From the NCBI GenBank assembly GCA_019974015.1, contig BMAW01101096.1, positions 268,342-307,228 on the forward strand: 38,887 bases of DNA, given 5' to 3'. Of the stretch, positions 12,540 to 22,000 are shown piece after piece (position 1 is the stretch's first letter; every line of letters starts with the position of its first letter). This stretch comes from Nephila pilipes (lineage: Eukaryota). The position numbers were made by a program, and so were the translations under genes. Under the pieces are notes generated by a model. That model was not told the origin of the DNA. It saw only the letters and a program-made list of their open reading frames with translations, and searched no databases.

Positions 12540-13670
12540 CTTCCCGAAAAGGTAAGGCCGGAATTTGTGCACAGCTCATACGACAGTAAAATATTCCCTT
12601 TCTGTTGTGGAATAGTTTCTCTCTGCTTTTGAAAGTGCCCATAAGGCATATGCAATCACTTTCTCCTGTCCACCTTATAATTGTAAAATAATTGAGCCGA
12701 TTCCGTAACCACTAGCATCTATATATAGTGATGTGGGAGTCTTTTCGTCGAACAGTCCTAAAATAGAGTCGGAAGTAAGTGCTTTCTTCAACTTGTAAAA
12801 GGTAGTAGCTTGTTCGGGACCCCAACAAAATTTTGAATCCCTTTTCAACAGTTTCTAAAGTGATTGAGCCTGATAGTAAAAATCTTTGTTGAAACGGCGG
12901 TAATAAGAACAGAGTCCCAAAAAACTTCTGACGTCATGTAAATTCTTGAGTTGGAAAACAGCTGAAAGTTTTTACCTTGTCCGGGTCAGGTCGAACACCT
13001 TCTGAAAAAAGAAGGCCCAAAATTTTGATTTCTCGGGTGGCAAAGTAACATTTTTGTAGTTGTGAATGAGCCCAGATTCTAGGATGCAACTCAGAATTAT
13101 ACTTAACCTTACAAAATGTTACTCAAAGGTTTCGGAAAACACCACAACGTCATCCAGGTAACAGAGACACGTTGTCCATTTTAAGTGGCGTAGTAGATTG
13201 TCCATCATTCTTTCAAATGTTGTGGGGGCATTACACAGACCAAAAAGGGCATGACTTTAAGCTTCTGCAGTCTTTATGGAGTGATAAGAGCTGTCTTTTC
13301 ATGGTCAGCGTCATCTACCTTAATTTACCAGTAACCGGTTGGGAGGATCATAATCGAGAAAAATGCAGCAACATTTAAATAGTTTAGTGTATCGTCTATA
13401 CAAGTAGTACATGGTACACATTCTTTTCAGTGATGTGATTGAGGCGACGGTACGCAGAAGAGTCAACTTCCATCTTTATCAAAACAACTGGAAACGACCA
13501 AGGACTCTCCCAGACGGGTAAATTATACCGTTATCTAGCATCTTCTCGACTTGTGGTATTATGCGCTGTTCAGTTGATGACACTCTACGTGAATTTTTAA
13601 TGTTGTCAGCAGTGGATTCTGAACCCGGGAGCTCTCGTTCTGTTTACGAACTACCTCTGCGTCCTCAGTG
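12540..13670 (-). pseudogene. Ty3/gypsy-like pol remnant (reverse transcriptase and RNase H). It is 5'-truncated at the (TA)n / Tc1 boundary and probably belongs to the same element as the integrase at 8418-9400.
   Basis: Minus-strand translation contains IIYPSGSPWSFPVVLIK...YRRLNHITEKNVY, MPFGLCNAPTTFERMMD, CLCYLDDVVV, PDPDKVKTFQLFPTPKNLHDVRSFLGLCSYYRRF and DASGYGIGSILLQL.GGQEKVIAYALWALSKAERNYSTTEREYFTVV.AVHKFRPYLFG. These are canonical RT box and RNase H motifs. Confidence 0.7.
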
Positions 13671-13672
13671 CT

Positions 13673-13674
<2 letters not shown>

Positions 13675-13737
<63 letters not shown>
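13675..13737. repeat. (TA)31 microsatellite
   Basis: Direct reading: about 62 bp of perfect atat. Confidence 0.95.
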
Positions 13738-13738
<1 letters not shown>

Positions 13739-13791
13739 TATATATATTTTTATTTTTTTATTTTTTTATTTGGTTTTAAAAAATTAATGTC

Positions 13792-13816
13792 TTTTTTTTT
13801 TTTTTTTTTTTTTTTT
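13792..13816. repeat. T25 homopolymer
   Basis: Direct reading. Confidence 0.95.
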
Positions 13817-13865
13817 CATTATAAGTTTTATTTTATAATGAAATAAGTAAGTTAATTATTATATT

Positions 13866-15303
13866 TTTTGTGCAAAAGATTTCCAAATCAATACAAATAA
13901 TACCATAAGATCCTCAAGATGCAAGAACATGAGTGATGTAAGCAAAACTTCCCAAAAAAATCAAAAGGATAAAAAGGAACTTTATTGGAAAAAGTAACAT
14001 GGAGCACAAAGCGACTGAAGGCCGAAACATCCATGTGATAGGTGTCCAGCCAGAAACTTCCAGCCTTTAGTAGGAGATATGATAGATATACAGGTTTCAC
14101 ATCATTTGGCCCTGCTGAGTATGAGCTTTTAGATGAGTTGTTGAGGCAATGCAACCCATTCGTCTTGTACCGAGAATTGGAGCTCCGGAATCGTTACTGG
14201 AAGTAAGTTAAGTGCTACCAAGCGTCTCCATAGAAAGTCCCATACATGCTTGATGGGATTCAGATCTGGAGACTTTGCCAGCCAATTCATGCATTCAATA
14301 TCCCCACTGTCCAACAGCTCTTCGACAGCTACTCCGCTATAAGTTGGTACATACTCTTCCATGGAAAGGAACTGTGGACCCATAGCGCCTCTAAAACAAC
14401 ACATACGGAAGGAGAATCTCATTACGATAGCAGGTCAAGGTGACTAAACCTCCTTCAAAGATATGAAGGTTGGTATGGAAACCAAACTTAAGGCCTCCCC
14501 AAACAAGAACACTGCAACCTACAAACCGGTCTCTTTCGTTGATGTTGTAGGGATTATTGCGGTTCTTCACTCTCTCCAGATGTATATGCGTCCAGAATCA
14601 CTATTCAGACTACATCTGTCTCATCCGTAAAGAGTACATGACCCTATCGGTTATCTGTCCAATTCTGGTGTTCCCAGCACCACAGAAATCGCCTTCTCCG
14701 ATAAAGGCATTAAAGGCACACACCGTACAGGTCGTCGAGCAAACAAACCACAACTGTGCAGCGCCCTAGACACGGTAAAACTGCAATTTCTCCCGCTGTA
14801 TACCGCCAGTTCCTTCTGACCTGTAGGGCAATATACCGGTCGTCCACTGACTTGGTTACTCGTGGACGACACAGCTGAACCGCTGGACAGCTGCTCCTGT
14901 AGTTTGAAATTCTCTCCTAAGTCGTGAAACGATGCTGCGAGCAATCCCGTATTCCGTAGTCACAATTCGACCTTCCGCTATATTTTCAATAATTCGACCT
15001 CATGAAAAATCATTGAGATGTTGTCTAACAGATTGACTGTTCGACATTTCACACAAAGGCAGAAACTCGGCGTCATTTCAACTAATACACGCCGTGCAAT
15101 CGCTTTTCCAGAAATTCCTAGTTTACTCCGCTGGCGTGCTTTAAACCGCTTCGACACTGCCGCATTATGACCAGTGCATGTCTCCCCCATGTGCTACCGT
15201 ACCTCACCTTAGTTAATCTCCTGATTCGTCTTTCAGTCCAATTGGCCTCTTCATTCCGCTGATATGCTAATTTTTTTGACTTTGTCCTTAATTTTTGCAC
15301 ACC
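13866..15303 (-). mobile_element. Tc1-like DNA transposon, copy 1 (family C). The transposase on the minus strand is disrupted, and one TIR is partly deleted.
   Basis: The right end CCTTAATTTTTGCACACC (15286-15303) is the inverse of the TGTGCAAAAATTAAGG seen intact at 34157-34172 in copy 2. Copy 1 retains only TGTGCAAAAG at about 13869-13878. Minus-strand ORFs 14129-14422, 14651-14944 and 14978-15190 give SPDLNPIKHVWDFLWRRL, RALHSCGLFARRPVRCVPL and an N-terminal HTH-like segment. These are typical of Tc1 transposases but lie in different frames. Confidence 0.7.
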
Positions 15304-15584
15304 AGTGTATCTATAAATATCATGCATAAATACGAATTTAAATCATGAACCGTTGCAGAGAACTCAACTGTTTTAATTCTGATACTCTCTGAATTACATA
15401 CACAGAACTAACTAAAATATTTCAAGGTAATAACAGAAAATAAATATGCCTTCTCTTTTAAAGAGAACTTAATAATTTCAAATTTCCGATATAAGATTAA
15501 AAATAGTTCTAACTTTCAAACATAAAAGATTAAAAATTCGAATTGTCATTGAAAGAAATATTTTTTTTCAGACTTTTAACATAC

Positions 15585-15733
15585 CTTGAACTACTCATAA
15601 GAAAATCTACATCCGTATATAGCAAATCAGGGTTGACCACTTCTCGATATTTCCGAAGGAAAGATTTGATAACATTCTTCATTTTATCATTATCATCAGC
15701 TCGGGATCCTCCTAAAAATATCACATGATCCAA
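15585..15733 (-). CDS. Candidate upstream coding exon, probably of the same minus-strand NWD-like gene
   Basis: The acceptor tttctag|TTGGAT and donor TTCAAG|GTATGT are very clean. Translation is LDHVIFLGGSRADDNDKMKNVIKSFLRKYREVVNPDLLYTDVDFLMSSS(R). The exon ends with 2 bases of a split codon, matching the 1-base start of exon 4528-4689. Assigning it to this gene is an inference. Confidence 0.4.
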
Positions 15734-16189
15734 CTAGAAATAATAACAAAAAAGGCATTATTTCAAATGAATTATTAAAATATACAAAAAAGATTAAAAG
15801 GATTATGTTTATTAATTCAGGAAATTACTGAATATTTTTTTAAAATATATTTGCTACTCAAATTGCTATAACCCTAAGAAAATTACATAACCATTAACCA
15901 CAAAAAACATTTTTGCTCTCAAAAATTTGTTATTTCAAATGACAAACACATACTTGTGCAGCCCATAGCAAAAATTTATTCAAAAACAATAACACTTCTT
16001 TATCTAAAAGATTAAATGAGCGAAATGATTTGCAATTGATTTGTTTTGTATAAACTGCACGACACTGAAAATGCAACACCAAGAAGAAGTGAGCAGAAAA
16101 TTATGCAAATTTCAGAGTAAACGCACGACACCAAGTTATATAAATGATGTGAAATACGCAGCTCTCCAGTTTACGTTGAAGTAGATATA

Positions 16190-17110
16190 AGTGAAAAAAT
16201 CTGCAGAATGTTCAATTTTCGCAAGGGAAATCATCGTAGAAAATTTGTTCTTGTCTCAGAGGACGCGAGTAATAGCAGAGAATACCAGGCCGTCGTCAAT
16301 GGAGGCAGTTCCAGCAGACAGACGATTTTATGAGGGGCATGGTGATAGGACTGAGAAAGGTAATGAAGCAAATCTCAGCTGATACACACATGGACGCTTC
16401 CACAGTGCGCTGGATGTGGCGAAGGTGGTTGGAAAAAGGAAATGTGGCCAGTTTGAGGGGTGCCAGTCAGCCAGAGTAACGTGAACATGCGTAGACTTTC
16501 GTCGACAAGCGGTGGCGCACCCGGAAACCTCTTATACCTTCAATCTGCAGCATGTTCAAGACACCCTGGACGACGAAATGGCACACGGTCGTGTTCACAG
16601 TGAGTCAAGCTTCTGTTTCTCCAATAATAGTTGCCGGGTACGAGCGTGGCGCCGACGTCGAGACGGGTCCAATCCGGCAGCAATTGTGAAACGCCCCACC
16701 ACGCGACAATGCGGCATCATGGTTTGAGGCGTAATTGCGTATGATTCCAAGTCACCTCTAGTTCATTTTCAGGGTCCTATGAAGGCCCAACGATACGTGG
16801 ATTATGTACTGTGGCCGGTGACACTCTATTACCATCAGGTAGTGCACAATGCCCTTTATCAGCAGAATAACGCCCAACCGCACACTGCTCTCATCAGCCA
16901 ACGTGCTCTGTAAGGTGTACAGATGCTTCCCTATCCATCGTTCTTTTCTTATCTATCACCAATTAAACCCATTTGGAATGTGATTGGACGCCATTTGTAG
17001 ACCCCACCGCTGCCGCGTTCAGAAGACGAACTGTGGCAAATGGTTGACAGGGGATGGAGGGCCATTCCTCTGGACGCCATCCATACTCTCATTGACTGTG
17101 TACCTAGACA
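16190..17110 (+). mobile_element. Tc1/mariner-superfamily transposase remnant (family B), degraded
   Basis: Plus-strand frames give ESSFCFSNNSCRVRAWRRRRDGSNPAAIVKRPTTRQCGIMVW, MKAQRYVDYVLWPVTLYYHQVVHNALYQQNNAQPHTALISQ and ...INPFGMWLDAICR. These correspond to the R.RVWR, MNAQRYvD.IL.P and FQQDNA.PHTA motifs of Tc1-family transposases. The frame is broken and the terminal inverted repeats are not resolved. Confidence 0.6.
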
Positions 17111-19232
17111 TGTTGCTTCGTGTATCGCTGTCCACCGTGGTCCTACAACCTACTGTGTCTGCACTGTTTCTCTCTGTATTACACATATCTTTTTGAAATA
17201 AAGATAACTTATTGTTTGTTGCTGTCTCTCTCTGTTTGCCGAGTTTCATCACTTTCTGGCTACTCCTTGTTATTGCATTTTCAGGGTCCTATAGTGTATA
17301 TCACTCTCCAATATATCAACAATACATAAGTAAAAGTGAGAGGGGATAATAGAGACTTGATGCTTCGTATCTCTTAAAACCTTTTAATCAAATCAAAGGG
17401 GAGAATTGAGCTGTAATTATGTACAATTAGTGAAAAAAAGCTATTCCTAAAGCTTATGGTGTACAAAGAAATATGTTAAATGAATAACTGTTTACATAGA
17501 GTATTTAGATTTGAAGTTACTTATCCACAATTTTATATATACGTAATTCAAAAACTAAAAATACAAAAACGACCGATTAAAATATTTACTTTCCTAAAAA
17601 TGGAAATAAAAAAATCAATATAAAAAAAACCCACGGCAAACAAAAAAATATCCAAGATTGTCCAGTTATATATAAATTCAGCCAATTAAAGCATCGATTT
17701 CAGTAAAGAAATAAATTAATACGATTTTCAAAAAATGACATAATATTATTTTGATAAGTTCCATAACATACAAATAATTCAAAAAATAATCCATTAGCTT
17801 ATTTCATAAAGTATTTGTGAGCACTAACCTGCGTCATATTTCACTCCCCTTTCCCCCGATAGCCAAACGTGTATCACGCTTTATAGCTTGAAGGTAACTA
17901 AATATGAGGTTAACACTTTAACTACAGTATATTTCCTCAGATAAGAAGAGGTGTAAATTTTCATCAAGATCTTTAGTTATAGCATATATCTGTCCTATAA
18001 GACGACTTCCAAATTATCAAGGGCCAATAAATTTTGTTCAGATCCGCAATCCTCATCCGGAATAAATTTTATTTTCTTACATCTGGCAGCACTGTCTATA
18101 GAAACATGTGCCGAATCATGAACACACATGTATTTCTTACAAGTACCTCTATACAAATCCGTCAAAAAATGTGGGATTTCTAATGCTATGGATAGCACTG
18201 AGGACGATTAGTTATGGGATACTGAGGAGAAAATGGAAATCGATTCGCTTAGTACAGAATGTGGGACCCATAAGACGAGTTTCTCAACGAGAGTGAAGAT
18301 GCATTTGAGGAGTTATTTGCCATAGATAATAAACAATGAATAACTTCTCAACAACGAAAGTAACAGTATACTTGAGGAGTGCTTTGGATGATGAGTGAGT
18401 GAGAGTGGATTTTAATGGCGCAAGAGCGACATATGGCTATGATGCGCCTAACAAGGTTAAGGGGGGGAAATAAAAACATGAAATACAAATCACACATTGA
18501 AAATACAATTACGTAAAATCACGAAAAAGCTAAAAACATTCGAGTAAAAATGCACAGCTTAAAAATAGCAAATTTAAAACTAATATGCAAGGCTTAAAAT
18601 AGTAAATGAAACTGTTGTTGATTATGCGTAGCTTTCCATACAACCATTATTTTCGGATAAGTTGCTTAGAACGCTTTAAATGCAGTGATGTTTCCATTTC
18701 GTCCGCAGCATCAATCAACGAAGAGTCATCGATGTCATATAAAATCATGTCATCGTCGTCAAGGGCAGGTATGAGAGAACCTTTTTTGGGTGCATGTGGA
18801 TTCATTGTAATTGCTATCTGGGGTTTATTACATATCGTGAGATTTATATAAGCTATTTTTATAAGTTATTTTTTCTCTGGGCTTTTTTTGAGGTCTATGT
18901 TTTAGAGCCCTATCAAGTAAGGGAATGAAATATTTAGATTAAGAAGAAGTTTTGGGTGTGGTTTTTTTAGTAAGAGGTAGAATGCATGTCTGTGAGGAAG
19001 TTGTCGATGTGGAGACATTATTTATGGAGGAAGAGGAAGGCAACGGGGTGGAGGAAAAAGATAAAAGTTTCAGTACCTGTAAAGGTGGACATAAAACTTT
19101 CGTAATGTTTGGGTCAGTTTGGGTGGTAGCACAGAGAGAATATTTTGCAGCCTGGGCATAAGAATGAGATACCTGTGAGACTATTTGTTTACGTGCTTCG
19201 ATATAAGAGATGTTTTGAGTTGTTTTTATTTC

Positions 19233-19730
19233 CTAGATTCGTTTTCCAACTGTCCATTTCAGACATAATTTCAAATCAGACGAATGAGATTGTTTAACAC
19301 ATCTAGGCTCCAGAAGGCAATATGGGGAAGAATGTCCAACAGACGCACATCTATAGCATGTTAATTTCCCTCTGCATGCTGCATTTGAATGATCGAACCT
19401 CTGACACTGAAAATAGCACAGAGGATTGGGAATACATGGACGTACGTGACAGTTTAGATATCCTGCTTTTATTGTAGTGGGTAGTTGTGGGCTATTGAAT
19501 GTTAATATCAAGTGTTTTGTCGGAAAGGAAGTGTTATCTTTCTTAACTATTATTCTTCCGACTTGAGTGACACCTTGATCGGAGAATCCATCCAGGATAT
19601 CTGCGTCAGAGGTGCACATCAAGTCAGATTCAGAAATGACACCATGACAGGAACTAAGCGACTTATGAGGAATGACCGTAAGGGGTAAATTTAAAAAGGT
19701 TTTTACTAATAAAAAAGATTTAGTTTGCAA
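19233..19730 (-). mobile_element. Non-LTR (LINE-type) retrotransposon ORF1 / gag-like fragment with a triple CCHC zinc knuckle
   Basis: Translation is ...KAGYLNCHVRPCIPNPLCYFQCQRFDHSNAACRGKLTCYRCASVGHSSPYCLLEPRCVKQSHSSDLKLCLKW. This matches the CX2CX3-4HX4C knuckle pattern of insect LINE ORF1 proteins. The flanking GC-richer DNA (about 18.3-20.4 kb) is probably the same element, but its limits are unresolved. Confidence 0.6.
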
Positions 19731-21094
19731 TGCGAAAGTTTATTCTATAAGCAAATAACCAGAACGTAGCTTTTTAACTTATTTCAGATCTCCACCGATA
19801 CCAAAAAGTGCCTTCTGAATAGCAAACGGAGACTGCTTAGACATTTCATTATTTGGAAGGGAAAGAATCAAAAACCGACAATGTGTAGCAACGTTATCGA
19901 CACTGGACGAATTGGGTAATACAAGGTCATTACCCGGTCACGATAAAGAATGATCCAAAGGAAGAAATAGGTATTCATCCTGAAGTGCCTCCACCCACCA
20001 TGAAATCCAACGAGGGAGGCAATTGCCGGTCAACTGACATATGTCAGGCACGACACTTACCTGGAGGTCACCCAGGATATAGCATCAGGGTGAAGATCCA
20101 CGATTCGACGAAAACAGCCGACTGCGAGTCTGCAACTAAAATCATGAGACTACCGTGGTCACGTACTAAATCGAGGATGTTGTAAAACGTTGCAATAGAT
20201 TTTATCCTTGCATCTCATACCGTTTTCGAGATTCGAACACTCCAATGTTTGCCACCAAGTAGCGCTGTAACCGATCAATCCTATAGCAGCCAATTTTCTA
20301 TACCACGACACCTTATTGGAAGCAAAAGCTACTATTGTTCTGAAGTTAAGGTAGGGGTGGGGAATATAGGATTTAAGTGAACACCTTGAATATTCCTCAT
20401 AAAATATACACAAACATTCTCACAGCAACATTTACCTAAGTTCAATTTTTATTAAATTAAATTCCAAAAAAGCAAAATTTAATTTTAAATTGATTTTAGT
20501 ATCAATGTACATCACATTTAATACAGATACTATAGTTTTCTGGCAATGGCGCAAGAGCCAGATTCCGCTCTTGTACCATAAGCCTACATTCATTCACTCG
20601 CGGCATCGCATTAAGCTTTAATTCTCAGTTTGCATTCGACCATGGTCGACGGATGAAATCCACCTGAGAGCCCATATTTATTCTGGAAAGCTTATGAACT
20701 GAAGCGAAGCGCGACCCCGCGTCTCTTTAAGAAGTAAAATCGATATAGGATTTTATCTTCCTGTTGTTGTGATTTGCATCCTAAATTTATAATTAATTAA
20801 TGTTAATTTAAAATAAAATCTTACATGTATTATTCTTATTAAATTGATAGTTTTGAACACTTTTGATTCCTAAAAGTCATGAGTTGAGACTCAATTTCAT
20901 ACTCTTTATTTGGCTTACCCATATATTCTAAGAGACATATTTGGTGGAGACTCAAGGTATTGATCAACACGATGGAGCAGCTACGTAGAAGTCTATGTCT
21001 CCAAGGTCTCTCTCTTGAATTCAGCCAATTACCATATCCAAGTAGAAGCTATAAAAAAAATGACTGACGATTTCTTATAACACCCAGGCCCAAG

Positions 21095-22000
21095 TTGACA
21101 ACTTCACCCAACATCTCTCCAGAGCTGTTACTGACCTACCAACTACCAAGAAATCCATGCACCTTTTCTGGTGACGACCAACAAGATTCTAGTAAATGGT
21201 TCAAGGACTGTGAATGGATCGCATCCTATAACCGCTTTCGAGTAGTGTCCGGTGTACGTCGTTTTTCACTTCACTAGTGCAGCTAGACTATAGTTTGATA
21301 ATTGTAAACACCTTCCCGAACTAAGAGAACTACATTCAGAAACTACCTGAACAATACGTTTTGCCGTACAGATGATCCAAAACGCCAAGCTGAAAGGTGT
21401 TTGCTTACACATTTCCAGCAAATTGATAAGATGTCCGAGTCGTACATTAAGGATATACATGCTTCGTGCCGAAAAGTGAACCTCTCCATGCAAAAAGACG
21501 AGAAAGTGACTCATCTGCTGGTTCAGGATTATAAAAATCTTGATGAATTTGTAAAACGTTGCCAATAAATATATAATCTTAAAAGGATACGCATCATCCG
21601 GCCTAAATTTCGGAAGTTACCCAATGTTTGTACCGTATCAGCCGATACAGACATGGTTGATTTAAAATCCCTGGTACGTTGCACTGTTAAGGAAGAGATT
21701 CAGAAGATCCTACCAGAAATGTAGTATACCAATGACTAATCCGTATCTTCAGGTTACATTGCATCTATAGTCTGGGAACAGGTTGTGGAGGCTCTCATTC
21801 CGACCACTAATCCAAGAAGACGCAATACCACTCTTCATTACCAGGTTCCAGATAGGTAACAGCCAAGACATCCAGTCAGAAACTCCGCCGTTCTACAGCG
21901 TAAAACAGATCCGGGGGAAACTGCCGAGAATGTATCTGTCTGTTACCATTGTGGACGTCCGGGACCCGTAATGCGTTGTAGTAGAAATCGACGGCGAATA
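21095..22000 (+). mobile_element. LTR-retrotransposon gag-like fragment with a CCHC knuckle
   Basis: ORF 21095-21277 gives LPRNPCTFSGDDQQDSSKWFKDCEWIASYNRF, a gypsy gag-like PxFSG...W motif. At about 21941-21995 a downstream frame gives CYHCGRPGPVMRCSRNRR, a CCHC knuckle. The region is fragmented by stops. Confidence 0.4.

Noticed and set aside
17995-18198. Minus-strand 67-aa ORF with a possible small exon (ttgtatag acceptor, AGAT|GTAAGA donor)
   Set aside because: Splice-like signals occur by chance in AT-rich DNA. The peptide has no recognisable homology and no phase link to the NWD-like exons.
20545-21050. GC-richer block before the gag-like fragment, considered as a possible LTR
   Set aside because: I could not find a second copy of it, that is a matching LTR, elsewhere in the window. 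There is no clear TG...CA boundary pair or primer-binding site, so I am not calling an LTR.
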